The notes beneath the pieces were generated by a model. That model was given only the letters and a program-made list of their open reading frames with translations. It was not told the DNA's origin and did not search any database. The position numbers were made by a program, and so were the translations under genes. Positions 11,701 to 23,560 of a stretch of DNA of 64,000 nt are shown here, piece by piece. Origin of the DNA: Octopus sinensis. Taxonomy: Eukaryota. The stretch spans positions 175,894,001-175,958,000 of the forward strand of contig NC_042998.1 of NCBI RefSeq assembly GCF_006345805.1. Reading direction: 5' to 3'. The first letter of the stretch is position 1, and each line of letters starts with the position of its first letter.

Positions 11701-14700
11701 GGAAGGGCATCCAGCTGTAGATCAGACTGGGCCTGGTGCAGCCTTGTGGCTTCTCAGACCCCAGTTGAACTGTCCAACCCATGCTAGCATGGAAAGCGGA
11801 CGCTAAACGATGATGATGAAGACAGCACAATTACATCTTAACTTGTATTTCCTTGATATTTTGGGGTTAGGGCCATTTTATGAGGACATATGGAGAAATT
11901 GGAGATGGAATGAAGTTATTGTTGTTGCTCAGACATGTGTGTGAGGGTAGTGATATGCAGAGACTAGGGTTGTTGTAGTAGCCAGTCAGCTTCATTATCC
12001 CTTTTGTTACTGTATTTATTTTGAGATGCTCTGTGTTTCTATCAATTACTTTAAATATAACAAAGAATTTATCAAAATAACTTAGTTAACATTCAGCTAG
12101 TGTTAGGAACATAAATTGTGACCAAGGTTTGGTGGAAGATTTTAATTCAAAACTTATGAAAACAAGCTATTTGTACTCAGAGCCAGAGCCGGTTTGGTAA
12201 CGAAAGGGTTAAATATTTAAATAACCATGATATTTAAAACCCAAATCTTAGTTAAAACTACAGCACACTTCATATCAAATTCTAATGGAATTAAGACAAA
12301 TGAACAGATAATTTGGTACATGTTTCAAAGCAGTTATTTCAATGAAAATGTTTCTTAATGCTTTCACACCTACCTGAGCTGTTGAGGTTTGTGAGGCAGT
12401 GTAATTGTATGAAGGTCAACTAAACTGAGGATTACTGAAGAGTGTTTGCTCTGTAGACTGACCCAGTTCTTGATAGCACCAATATAATTGCCTAAATGTG
12501 GAACATCTGATGTTGGCTGGATGCCTGAAAATAACCGTTGTGACGAGTGATCTGGGTTTGATTCCTGTGTAATGAACATTAAGACATAATTAGGACTTCT
12601 TTTCAACGAAGCACAAAAATTAATTTTTACAAGAGGAATAAATCAGACTTCTAGGGCCTATATAGCTGCTTATTCTCAGAAAGATAAAATGTTAGAGAGG
12701 ACCTCTCAAGATGAATACCTCAGTATTTGGTGTTCTAACAAGACATCCATATGAAGTTGAATATAAAGACTGCCTTTTAGTACTGATACTGCTTCCATCA
12801 CTAATAACACTGGTCAACACAATTTTTGGTGCCAAGAAATAGAACATGTTTTTGTAGCTAATTTGATGGTGCTGATTCTGAAAATGACCTTAGATTTTTA
12901 TGATTAGCTACTACCATTTTTGTTGTACTGAAATTGCTCATTTTTGGAAAAAAGATCAATTTATGATCTTCGCTGATCGCAAAATTTAGCCTGCTAAATG
13001 TTGACCCAGTAGAGGGACTAGCTATAGATAAAACAGTTAAGGGTATGAAGCCAGAAAAAGCCCCCAGCCCATCAGGAATCACTGCTGAGATGCTTAAAAC
13101 ATCTGGTGGTGTGGACTATGGCCTAGTCACCCGCATTGTAAACCAGGTAGTTCATAATGGAGTCATACCCAATGACTGGCATAACAGCACTATAGTCAAC
13201 TGCTACAAGGGTAATGGTGATGCTCTAGATAGAAATAACTACAGGGGTATTAAACTGTTGGATCAGGTGATGAAGGTCACAGAGAGGGTCATAGCCCATC
13301 TCATTAGGGAGAGAGTCTGCTAAGATGAGATGCAGTTTGGTTTTGTGCTAGGTAGAAGCACCACTGATGCCATATTCCTGGTTCGACAACTACAAGAGTC
13401 AATGTAGCAAAGACCAAAGTTATAGTAAGTAAGAAAGCGAACTCATCACACACCCCCTCAAGTAAGTGGCCCTGCTCAATCTGTAGAAAAGGTGTAGGTA
13501 GAAACTTCATAAGATGTATCCAGTATAAGCTATGGACGCATAAGAGGTGCAGCAACATCAAAGGAAAATTAACTGAGAAGATAGCTTTCATGTGCGGCAC
13601 AGGTGCAATAGACATCACAGATACTCAGAAAACAGATTCCATCACACTCCAGGGAGAGAAACTAGAAGTAGTTGATAGTTTCCACTACCTGGGTGACCAA
13701 GTTAGTAGTGAAGGTGGATGTTCAGAGAGTGTCACCACTAGAATACGAATAGCCTGGGCAAAGTTTAGAAAGCTTCTACCCCTACTGGTGACAAGGGCCT
13801 CTCGCTCAGAATGAAAGGTAGATTGTACGATGCATGTATGTGATCTGCCACGCTTCACGGTAGTGAAACATGGGCTGTGACTGCAGAGGACATGCGTAGG
13901 CTTGAAAGAAATGAAGCTAGCATGATCCGCTAGATGTGTAATGTCAGTGTGCACACACGACAGAGTGAAAGCACCCTGAGAGAAATGCTGGACATAAGAA
14001 GATCAGAGGTGGCGTGCAAGAGAGACGTCTGTGCTGGTATGGTCATGTACTATGGATGAATGAGGAGAGATGTGTGAGTTTATGGCTGTTTCCTGCACCA
14101 ACTTCACAGAAGCCCCAGTTCATCCAAACTACCTTGGATCCCGGTCGAACCGTCCAACCCATGCTAGCATGGAGAACGGACGTTAAACGATGATGATTAA
14201 GGCAGTGGATTGGATGAAAGTTTAGAGTTATGGCTAAAATGCCTGGTCATATTTTGGCAAAGTTCTTTCATTCTGAATTAAAATCTTGCCAAATTTAACT
14301 TTTGAAGTGACTAAAGTAAAAGTACCAGTCCACTGCTAGGGTTGAATTATTCCTATAATGCATCTTAGATATGAATGGAATGATAATAGAAGAGAAAGAG
14401 AAGAACGAAATACAAACGACAGGCATAACTCTATCTAGTATACATCGGGCACCTCGAAGTGGTGGAGTTCGTTCATTTCTAATTTACTCCGCTTTACATG
14501 TTAATGAACCACGTCTCCACCGTTTAATGGGTAATATGCACTTCAACATGTAGTTAGTGAGGTTGTTGTTGCTGATTAGCTGTGACCATCACATTTTTTG
14601 AGAGATATGTAGGAATACATGATTTAATGTATCATTCTTGTTTAAAACGGTAGTTGGTGATTTGAGGGAAATTTGACCCACCCATTTCGAACAAGTCGAA

Positions 14701-15274
14701 CAACACAGTGGTTTCCCCCAGCTGATAGATTTGACCCGCGTAAACTGTGTCGTTGTTGAGGACATTGTCTAGCGCTAGTCACAGGATACGAGCCATTTCG
14801 TGACCCTCAATAACATAAAAGGAAAACTAATATAATTTTATGTTATACATGTTAGGAGGATGTGGAAAGGCTACGAGCAGTGCACTTCTCAAGCAGATAA
14901 AGAAATACATGCAAATATATGGCAATAAGTGTAATTATTTAAAGATAAAAACGGATGCAGGAAAATGTCATTCACATCTCTACTCTCTAAACTTCAAAAG
15001 TCCCCTCACAATAAGCTATCAGTAAATATTAAGAGAAACACCAAACATAAATACAAATCTGTAAGGTGACATTCACGGAATATCATACTTTTGAACTTTG
15101 AATGGAATTTACAGTCGAATTTATACTTACTGTCATTGTATGCACAGCGGTGGTAGGTATTGAAGAACGTTGTCGATGATGTGATGAAGGCGACAATAAT
15201 TTGGACACAGAGAAATGACACGCACCTTGCGCGTAACGTGCCTTCAAACCAACATGTTTAAAGGACGACGCCAT
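2278..15274 (-). CDS. WARS2: Tryptophanyl-tRNA synthetase, mitochondrial (7 coding exons, 384 aa), whole CDS span
   Basis: Spliced by hand: 144+191+82+81+83+119+455 = 1155 nt, with continuous frame and GT-AG introns. Contains class I aaRS HIGH-like motif [36 protein letters not shown] and KMSKS. Confidence 0.97.
2910..3220 (-). repeat. RTE 3' tail-derived interspersed repeat
   Basis: Begins CATCATCATCATTTAACATCCGTTTTCCATGCTAGCATGGGTTGG; same family as 1513, 6830, 10855, 11600 and 14150. Confidence 0.8.
3964..4082 (-). CDS. WARS2: WARS2 exon 6
   Basis: Acceptor TTTTCAG; encodes [39 protein letters not shown](G); donor CAG|GTAAC; 119 nt. Confidence 0.95.
4789..4871 (-). CDS. WARS2: WARS2 exon 5
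   Basis: Acceptor GTTTCAG; encodes [27 protein letters not shown](K); donor GTAAGT; 83 nt. Confidence 0.95.
6830..7040 (+). repeat. RTE 3' tail-derived interspersed repeat
   Basis: GTGGTTGGCATTAGGAAG...CCAACCCATGCCAGCATGGAAAATGGACATTAAATGATGATG. Confidence 0.75.
7323..7403 (-). CDS. WARS2: WARS2 exon 4
   Basis: Encodes [27 protein letters not shown]; 81 nt; donor AAG|GTAAGA. Confidence 0.95.
9182..9263 (-). CDS. WARS2: WARS2 exon 3
   Basis: Acceptor TCTTTAAG; encodes (R)[27 protein letters not shown]; donor CAG|GTGAGT; 82 nt. Confidence 0.95.
9536..10220. repeat. Foldback/MITE-like palindromic element in two inverted copies, each followed by a 62-bp direct repeat
   Basis: 9874-10158 is self-palindromic (ends ATCTTAAATAAATGTTGATTTAAAGTGATGG and its reverse complement). 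9536-9800 is its reverse complement with about 6 mismatches. 9801-9862 matches 10159-10220. Confidence 0.9.
10855..11200 (-). repeat. RTE 3' tail-derived interspersed repeat
   Basis: Same consensus as 2910-3220. Confidence 0.8.
11600..11820 (+). repeat. RTE 3' tail-derived interspersed repeat
   Basis: Ends CCAACCCATGCTAGCATGGAAAGCGGACGCTAAACGATGATGATG. Confidence 0.8.
12374..12564 (-). CDS. WARS2: WARS2 exon 2
   Basis: Acceptor TTACACAG; encodes [38 protein letters not shown]...[16 protein letters not shown]; donor AG|GTAGGT, phase 2. Confidence 0.95.
12990..14197 (+). mobile_element. 5'-truncated, internally deleted RTE-clade LINE (reverse transcriptase pseudogene) in WARS2 intron 1
   Basis: [14 protein letters not shown]...[19 protein letters not shown]..., [50 protein letters not shown]; (GAT)n tail. 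Confidence 0.9.
15131..15274 (-). CDS. WARS2: WARS2 exon 1 (mitochondrial presequence, 48 aa)
   Basis: ATG at 15274. [48 protein letters not shown] has no D/E and is S/R/K/H rich. It ends at a perfect GTAAGT donor, phase 0, which matches exon 2. Confidence 0.85.
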
Positions 15275-15737
15275 GATTGTTTACTTTATAAAGGGAAGCA
15301 ACTCTAAAAAAAATAGATTTTGATGGAAATTGCCTCCCTTCTTTCCTATGAAATAGCAGTCATAATAAGTCATATGTAATGAGTCTTGCTGTAAATTTAA
15401 GACACAGGAGGGATTTTCGGTTGTTTGGAATGAGGATCGAAGCGATTAGCTTCATTGTTATTTAAGAAACCACCAGGATTTGAATGTCTCTCTTTCACAA
15501 AATGCCGAATGTCACAGAAGACTACACATTAAAAAGTAAACAAGCATGTGACTTAATCTCGTTTACATAATAGTTCAAGTTTAATTAAAAAGCAACACAA
15601 CGTAGGTTACGGATAAATCATATATCCTTATACGTTTGACCTCCCTATGGAATTAAGTCCCACGAAGGCCTTTTTGGTAGGATTGAACTGCTTGTTCAAT
15701 TGTTTTACCAATTCTTTTGACTCATAACAGTGACAGA

Positions 15738-15906
15738 CTGTTCTTTCTAATTTTGGCATAAGACCATTAATTTTGAGCGAAGTTTATCGATCCGGAAAGG
15801 ATGAAAGGCAAAGTTGACTACGACTGAATTTGAGCTTAGAACAAAGAGCCTGGAGAAATGCAGCGAAATGCATTTTGTCAGAACGATTCTGCCAATTCGC
15901 CGCCTT
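15738..15906 (-). mobile_element. tRNA-derived SINE (family B), decayed copy
   Basis: Contains GGATGAAAGGCAAAGTTGAC...GAATTTGAGC, the reverse complement of the family core. Confidence 0.65.
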
Positions 15907-17194
15907 CAATTGATAGCTAATTAACCGCAAGAACTTGTTTTAAAAATGTATGGAACCATTATTATCGAAAAGTTAGACACTAAAATATTTAGATGAATTT
16001 AATTAATTTGCAACAGTAATTATTCATACGGAGTTGAAGTAATTATTTGACATTACAGATGAATGCTAAACAAAAAGCTGTAGATTAAGAAATACTGTAC
16101 GTCATTCTCGATGCTCTGTGAAACAGTAACTGTTTGGAAAGATACAATGGTACGTCCTTTGTTAGCTCTGGATGTGTACATTGTCTATAACACTGACAAA
16201 AATGTTGAACTTCGTAATAATAATAATTGTAAATAAATGAAGCAATTAATATGTGAATTCTCCGTATCTTTTCCTGAGGAATTTCAACCGTGTTTCGTGG
16301 TCTGCTCCTTTATAGGATCCAGTTAGCTCGAGACACCATCAGGAGGAACCACGTCTGGTTTCGGCCCCTACTCCTCGGTTAAATTCCTTAATTTAAAATT
16401 CAAGGTTCTAATCGCGCTAAATATCTTGATGAAAGGATTATTTCTCATGTAGTAGCTGCGGCCACGAGGGGAACCACACGCGTTTGAGTATTTTTTGGAA
16501 ACTAGGGTATTTCTTCGGTGTGGGGAAAGATCTAGAAGTTTACCTTGATTGTTTCCTGTATCTAACGTCAGTGTAAGGGAAGTATTGTAAGACTACAGAG
16601 GAAGTTGAGAATGTTTTCCCTTTTTACGAACTGACCAAGTCCTTGATATTTAATGGTTTGATTTATATGTAGACCTCAATATGATTTGGCTCGTAGGGGT
16701 TAGAATAACATTTGCCGAAATCATTTTTTAAAACTGGGGAAAGATTGGAACAATTGAACTGCAATACATTATTCCTGGCCCGCATCGCTGAGCTTTTGAT
16801 TCAGATGTTTAACTCGTTATATACAGTGTTATAGAAGCTGCAGATATAAGTGGGACAACAGAATAATTGGGTATTGATTGAACAGATCTCTTACGATACA
16901 CGATCGGTTATTACTCTCCCAAAATAAAACGAATCGGGGTACCTTTCACCCACATGTATTAAGAGAGCCCACTTTACATTCGAACGTCATTTTTCACAAG
17001 AAAAGGAAAGCAAGAAAGAGGGATGAAAGAAATAAGATGGGGCTGATCAAGAGGAAAAGGAGATGAAGGTGAAGGCGAGCAAGGAATGAAGTTATAAAAA
17101 CGAGCCAGTTTCAAATACTTTTCGAAAAACAAGAGGGTAAGTCAGAGAAAGTTGGGGGGGGGGAGAAAAAAGACCTGTATTCTGTGGAGGCTCC

Positions 17195-17650
17195 GTGGCT
17201 TATACCACTATAATAATCCTACTCGAGGCACAAAACCTGAAATTTTGGGTGAGGAGACTAGTAGATTATATTGACCTTGTACTTATTTTATTGATTCCGA
17301 AAGGATGAAAGATAAAGTCTTCCTCAGCAGAATTTGAACTCGAAACATAAGGTCGGAAGAAATGCCGCTGAGCATTTTGTCCGGCTTGCTAACGATTCTG
17401 CAAATTCGCTTTCTTGACTCCGTTATAATAGTCTTTTCTACTATAAGTACAAAGCATGAAACTTTAGTGGGGGGAGGGCGCTAGTCGATTTCATCAACTC
17501 CAGTGCTTAACTGATACTTATTTCACCGACTCCCAAAAGATGAAAAACGAGGCCAACCTCGGTGGAATTAGAACTCAGACTGCAAAGGCGGAGAAAATAC
17601 AGCAAATCCTTTTGTCCGGTGTGCTAACTATTTTGCCAGCTCACCGCCTT
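17195..17650 (-). mobile_element. Two adjacent family-B SINE copies
   Basis: Two successive ...GATGAAA...CTCGG.GGAATT.GAACTC...GCTAAC.ATT.TGC blocks. Confidence 0.7.
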
Positions 17651-17939
17651 GACAGCACTGTAATAAAACCAGTAAAAACTTCATCGTTAGATTCAACCAT
17701 TTGCAAATGTAGCAGCTCAGTTTTACATCGATAACTACTAATTATTTACAGTAGCTGACTGAAGTAGTCAAGGGAAGATTTTCTCGCAGGAAAATATTAA
17801 GCCCATATATAATGAATGGTTGGTTGTACATTGCTGCAAAACGAAATACGAATTAGATTTCGCTAAACCATCTTGCTTGGTAAAAGAACAAGAAAGAAAA
17901 TGATATAGTTAGAAGAAATTTATGGGAGTGTTATTAATG

Positions 17940-18700
17940 AACAAACTTATGGGAATGCTATGAACGAATAACTTTCGTGTGAGTACTAGCAACGAGTAAA
18001 CAGGTGAAAATGCGAGTAACGAATATATTTGTTAGAAGCTGTAATGAAAAAATTGATGGGGGTAAGGGTAGCGAACAAATTGTTGGTAGTCAGAGCAGCG
18101 AACAAATTGTGAGGGAGTTAGCAATGAAAAAATTGGTGGGAGTCAGCAACGAACAAATTGGTGAGGTTGCTAGCAATGAACAAATTTGTTCTGGGGTTAG
18201 CAACCAACAAGCTGGTGAAAATCCTAGTTACGAACAAATTTGATGGGAGTGTGAGAGCCACGAAGAAATTGTTGGGAGCCACAGCAACGAGGAATTGATG
18301 TGGGGGTGAGAATAACAAAACAATAGACAAATTGTGGCGGGTGAGTGGGGGTGGAGCATAGCAACGAACAAATTGATGAGGGAGAGAGCATCGAACAAAT
18401 TCTTGGGAGCCATAATAACGAACAATTTGGTGGGGAGCGATAGCAACGAAAATATTGGTGGGGGTGAGAGCAACGAAGAAATTGTTGGGTGCTATAGCAA
18501 CGAACAAACTGGTAGGGGTGAGAGCAACGAACAGTGGTGGAAGCCATAGCAACGAATACTTTGACCTGCTATCAATAAACAAATAGGTGGGAGTGCCTGC
18601 AATAAATAAATTGATGCGAATAATACGAATGAGTATGCTGGTGGGGCCGATAACAACGAACAAATTAGTTGGGGGTGATAACAGCAATCAAACTAACGAC
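17940..18700 (+). repeat. Degenerate ~27-bp tandem array (AGCAACGAACAAATTGTTGGGGGTGAG), about 23 units
   Basis: The AGCAACGAACAAATT core recurs every 24-30 bp; the plus frames read SNEQIVG-type repeats. Confidence 0.85.
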
Positions 18701-20013
18701 GAAATTGGTATTTTACAGTTTCAAGATCGAAATTTCAATGAATGATTAACTAATAACTTATCCTTATTTGATATCACTGGCAGAGGTCATCTCAACCTTT
18801 AATCCCTTTAGAAAGTAAGTGATCGATTAAACAAATACTTGTAGAATCTAGATGGATGTTAAAAAGCCTGGTGGATATTGTATTAGCTGATGGCATTTTG
18901 AAATTCATCTGTCGTCCACTCGCTAACAACAAACCAGTGAAGAACCGATGATTTCACAAGCTTCTGAGACATTAAATTAAACAAAAATTAATTAACTAAT
19001 TAATTAAATTCTACTAGGTATAGCACTTATTTAGCTCTTACCCCAGAGTAGTATTAGGTTAACAAAAGTGAAGCATTTGACACGCTTATGTCGGTGAGCC
19101 GACCACTTTTCTGACTCAGGACAAAATATCAATATATTCTCTTTCCATCACTATCAACCAATCGTTTTGTTACCGAGTCGGAAATCTTAAAAAGATGAGG
19201 TTACAGTGACATGTCTGGTTATGCTGACATTCAGCTGGCGTCTCGAGAACAGCTGTGATTCCAAAACCAGATAACATAACAAATGGCAATTCAGTTGTGT
19301 TTATAACGACTATACAATTTCATTCAAGCGTAATTCAGTTAATATCAATATATTTATAATTATTCCTTTAGATTTTGTTTTTCATATTTTATTTCCGTCA
19401 TTGCTCTTAGTATGTTCGACTTTACTACGTTCCTTCTCAATATCTTTGTAGCAGTTTGTTGTTTTTGACAAACCCGTTGTCAATATGTGGAGATGTAAAG
19501 AATATTTTTGTCACACATTTCTTTTTGAATTGTTTATTGAAAATGTTTTTATCACATAAGTGCTTTTTATCTATCTTTTAAAAAAATTGTTTCTGAGTTA
19601 TATAGCATATTGCTTTGTTTTTGTTGATCACTGTCGATTTTATTTATACTATTTTTACAGAAGTGAATTTTCAGTTTTCAACGAAATATTTTCTTTTATA
19701 CAAATGTCATCGTATTGGCAAACATATATTTACTCTGTTCACCTGGTTTATATTTCTATACGGTGTATGTTTGCGTCGTGACGCTTCATAATTCTAAGAT
19801 TGTAAACATAACGTTATTTAAATGTCGTCACTCGAGTTGTTTTCTTTTCAGACCAGTAATTCAGCGTTGGAACTGACACAAGATTGATAGCAGCTAAATT
19901 ATAGCAAATAGTTGAGTCCATTTCAAAATCATGTTTTCTATTTCTAGTTTGGTTTTTCTCTGGAGAGCTCGATCTTTGGTTTTATTTCACTACGCCTATA
20001 TTAGATTGACATA

Positions 20014-20226
20014 AAGCGAAGAGCTGGTAGAATCGTTAAAACACCGGGCAAAATGCTTAGCGGTATTTCGTCCGTTTTTACGTTCTGAGTTCGAATTCCG
20101 CCGAGGTCGACTTCGTCTTTTATCTCTTCCGGGTCGATTAAATAAGTACCAGTTGAACACTTAGGTTGATTTAGTCGACTTATCTCCTTCCTGAAATTGC
20201 TGGCCTTGTGCCAAAATTTGAAACCC
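20014..20226 (+). mobile_element. tRNA-derived SINE (family B), near full length
   Basis: A-box-like TGGTAGAATCGTTA, B-box GAGTTCGAATTCC, central GGGTCGATTAAATAAGTACCAG, 3' CCAAAATTTGAAACC. Confidence 0.85.
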
Positions 20227-20503
20227 ATATTAGATTGATATACCTCATATTATAGCGAGGATATTGATTGTAAAATAGATTCGTAGATTAGTCAACTTGT
20301 CAGAAGTAAATGATATTATTTCGATCGTGAATCTAAAAACAATTTCAAATTCCGACTTCTAAGTTTCATACAGAAAATCCTTAATGCTATCATTCAGAGA
20401 AAATAAACTTTACACACCACCAGTAATGTAGGTAGTCGGCGATGGCGACATTTTTGAATCTGGTTTATAAGCTTATACAGGCTGTGTATCAAGAGTCGGC
20501 CCA

Positions 20504-20536
<33 letters not shown>

Positions 20537-20538
<2 letters not shown>

Positions 20539-20873
20539 AGACCCCCTTCGGTCATGAATGACCATGGGATTGCACCTAGAAAGTTACCCTCCGAGGCACA
20601 AGTCCGAGCAAGATTGTTTGTGGAAGGCTAGCTGTCGCCCATGCACACCAGCCTTCCTCTCCACACCACTGATGTTATCCAAGGGAAAGGCAAAGGCCGA
20701 TACAGCTTGGCACCATTGACGTCGCAACTCATTTCTACAGCTGAGTTAACTAGAGCAACGTGAAATAAAGTATCTTGCTCAAGAACACAACACACAGCCC
20801 GGTCCGGGAATCGAACGTCACAACCTCACGATCGTAAGCTCGACACTCTAACCACTGAGCCATGTGCCTTCAC
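20537..20873 (-). mobile_element. tRNA-derived SINE (family C, 3' variant 1)
   Basis: Minus strand: TGGCTCAGTGGTTAG...GTTCGATTCCCGG...TTGTGTTCTTGAGCAAGATACTTTATTTCACG; followed by (TA)n. Confidence 0.85.
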
Positions 20874-21481
20874 CCGCCCCCACAGACCCCCCCCCCATAT
20901 ATACGTACTCTACAAGCTAGTAACCAGGAGTGTCCCTAGTTTGGTTAATTGATTCTTTTGTTTTTTACCAGGACAGGGAAGAGTTTTTAGAAGTGATATT
21001 CGTGACTTGCTTTCTCAAATGTTAATTTCAGGAATTGCGGCCGTTTCTGTAAAGCATGGTATTTTGCTGGCAGGAAGCATTTTAACTAATTTCTCGACAT
21101 TTCGTCTGCTTCTATTATTGTCCGACTTAACTTCTCCGTTTCAACAGAACCAACCTCGTACATTATCAGTATCCATTTACAGCTGTCTTAAGCTAACGAC
21201 AATATCTTTTAATACTTGTAACTGCTAGAAACATGCATTGCATTCGCATACGGAGAAAAAAATATATAAAACACACCCACACACACCCACACACCCACAC
21301 ACACACTCGCGCATGTGTGTTGTATGTAAGTATATGAATATATGTATATATTATGTAGGCATGTATTTATTTGAATATAAAATACCTGTTTATATTTCCC
21401 AGTGTAAATTCATTCTAACTATAATTATATATATCATAGCTTATTGCTCTAAATCTGATTTTATTCATTTTTATTAAGCCC

Positions 21482-21524
21482 TTTTGCCTGATGATAGCAG
21501 AAGTGTGAAACTCAAGTCGCAAAA
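21482..21524 (+). ncRNA. Type I hammerhead ribozyme-like motif
   Basis: TTTTGC-CTGATGA-TAGCAGAAGTGT-GAAA-C-TCAA-GTC-GCAAAA. Intact core, 6-bp stem I and GUC site; stem II is degenerate. Confidence 0.7.
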
Positions 21525-21605
21525 CAAACTCTCAGTGTCAGTTTAAAAAAAACAAAAAAACCATATATCCTCTACAAGAACTGGGTACTCATTCGTTCGA
21601 ATATA

Positions 21606-21997
21606 TCTCTCTCTATATAAAGCTGAAGTTGTCTGTGTATGGCAGGTTTGGTAGCCTCCAACTAACACTATCTCCTCCGAGACCCTGCGGCACAGGTTGA
21701 CCAAAATTGCAAGTATGATAGAAGAAGGCTTGCTCTTCCTTCCGTAGAAGAAAAATTTCAAATTGGACCATGTTAACACCAAAAATTATTTACATCAAAA
21801 AGGTGCTTTTTTTCTATGAAAATCCCTATTTTTTAACGATTTTTTTCTGATGTGTCGCCATTTTTCGGTGTATTTCAACCAGAAAAATGTTCACTTAAAG
21901 AGAATAACAAGCTACATAATGCAAAATTTTTACTTTTCAAAAATTCCAATTCTAAAGGGTTGAAACAAACCCGAGCAACGCCGAGAGATACTGCTAG
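21606..21997 (+). mobile_element. Non-autonomous Helitron-like element
   Basis: 5' TC, 3' CTAG, inserted between A and T; imperfect GC hairpin CCCGAGCAACGCCGAG 8 nt before CTAG; no TSD. Confidence 0.75.
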
Positions 21998-22125
21998 TAT
22001 ATATATAAAGTCAGTCGCTACATCAAAATGGCTATTCCATGTTACTACTAGTTTAACCGCAGGCAGATTCTCCGTCAGCTGGTTATCGGTGCAACCATGT
22101 GTGTGTGTGTGTTGTGTGTGTGCAG

Positions 22126-22260
22126 GTGCGTGGCCCAGTGGTCAAGATGTTGCACTTACGATCTAGTGATCGTGTTGTGCTCTTGAACAAAACACTTCAC
22201 TTCACGTTGCTCCGGTACACTCAACAGTAAGTGGGCAACCCCGTGGCGGATTAGTCTTCC
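22126..22260 (+). mobile_element. Family-C SINE fragment
   Basis: TGGCCCAGTGGTCAAG...TTGTGCTCTTGAACAAAACACTTCACTTCACGTTGCTCC. Confidence 0.6.
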
Positions 22261-23004
22261 GATCAGTGGGGAATGTTGTCCTGTTCGCCTAGTCATTCGA
22301 AAGCTAGTATCATTCGAAAGCTAGCATTGTGAAAATCCGATAATCTGGTCGATCACATGATATATATATATATAAGTTTGAGGCTTTGCATATCCTCTGT
22401 GATGAGTCAATAAATAGTTTACATAAAAACATTGAGATTAAGTAATAAAATGTTTTACAATGATAAGAAGATAAAAATTAGTTTACATAAATATATCCAA
22501 ATCGAGTAATGGAGTTTTTGACAAGAAGATAAGGCATGTCTGGTTTGTCAATAAGTGGGTGCTAAAGTTTTAGTCTCACTGTGATCAGAAACCATAATTG
22601 TTTGCAGCACCTTAAATTGAAAAAAATGGAGAATAGAGAAATAACAGGCCATTTATAGTTCTCGGATCTGACAGTAGGGTCTCGCACCCACTGATTGACA
22701 ATCCAGACACGTATATGTAAATATACGTTTATATATGGACACACGCACCCCACCACACACACACACACACAGCAAATGAAAGACGGAAGATGGAATATAT
22801 ATTCTTTCATCCTTTTCTTCTTTCACTTGTTTCAGTTACTGGAAGGTAGCCATGCTGGGGAAACACTTGAAGGGTTTTAGTCTATCGGTCCCTTTGACCG
22901 AACCGCTAGGTTACAAAGCATAAACAAACGAACATCTGTCGTTCCAGTGATAGTGGTACACAAACATAAACGCTAAACGCTAACACATACACACATATGT
23001 ATGT

Positions 23005-23560
23005 ATGTATGGCTGCCCCTCGTTATCGAGTATGGCCATTGCACGAAGCTTAATCAATGTTGTTATCGTGCAATGCCTGTGCAAGAAGATTTTTTTAAAG
23101 TGAGGAAAGGCTGTGCACTGAGTCCATCCCACTCACTAAGCAACAGCAGCCATAATCCGAAAAGAAGAACAAGTCAACATCATCGGTAATCACTGAGCCG
23201 CAGGTTTTATGTCGGAGTTATCCCAGTTACCTGAGTTACCTTCTCCTAGAAGGGTGCCCTAACAAAGGCTAGGAATCATACACTCCCAATGGTTTAACCG
23301 CGCGATCGGGTATTCAGTCTGATTATTTCTATGTCCCCGCGCATGATACAGGCCTTAAGACATTTATTGGATGGCCGTTGACTCTCAGAGTTCCCGCCCT
23401 TTGACGGGTGTTGTTTTTCATCCCGCAGGTGTCCAATAAACACCCTCCTCACCAAGCAAGCTTGGTGGGGATTGCCGGTTTAGTCGCCGACGACCCGACC
23501 ATGCAACAGGTTGTACTGGGTTACATGTTACCAGTAGCACTCAAAAGTGACCTGACACTA

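Noticed and set aside
15221-15226. Alternative WARS2 exon 1 donor AAG|GTGCGT
   Set aside because: Phase 1, incompatible with the phase-0 exon 2 acceptor; GTAAGT at 15130 fits.
16328-16366. Minus-strand GAAACCAGACGTGGTT...CTGATGG, a type II hammerhead candidate
   Set aside because: Stem III pairs, but only 4 nt are available for the stem I hairpin and A9 is G; likely chance.
17940-18700. CRISPR-like repeat-spacer appearance
   Set aside because: Eukaryotic context, the core is degenerate, the spacers are only about 10-12 bp and resemble each other, and there are no cas genes.
15400-19900. Divergent plus-strand gene sharing the WARS2 promoter (ATG at about 15501, acceptors at about 16308 and 19849)
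   Set aside because: The candidate exons are not phase-compatible and close quickly; cannot be supported from sequence alone.
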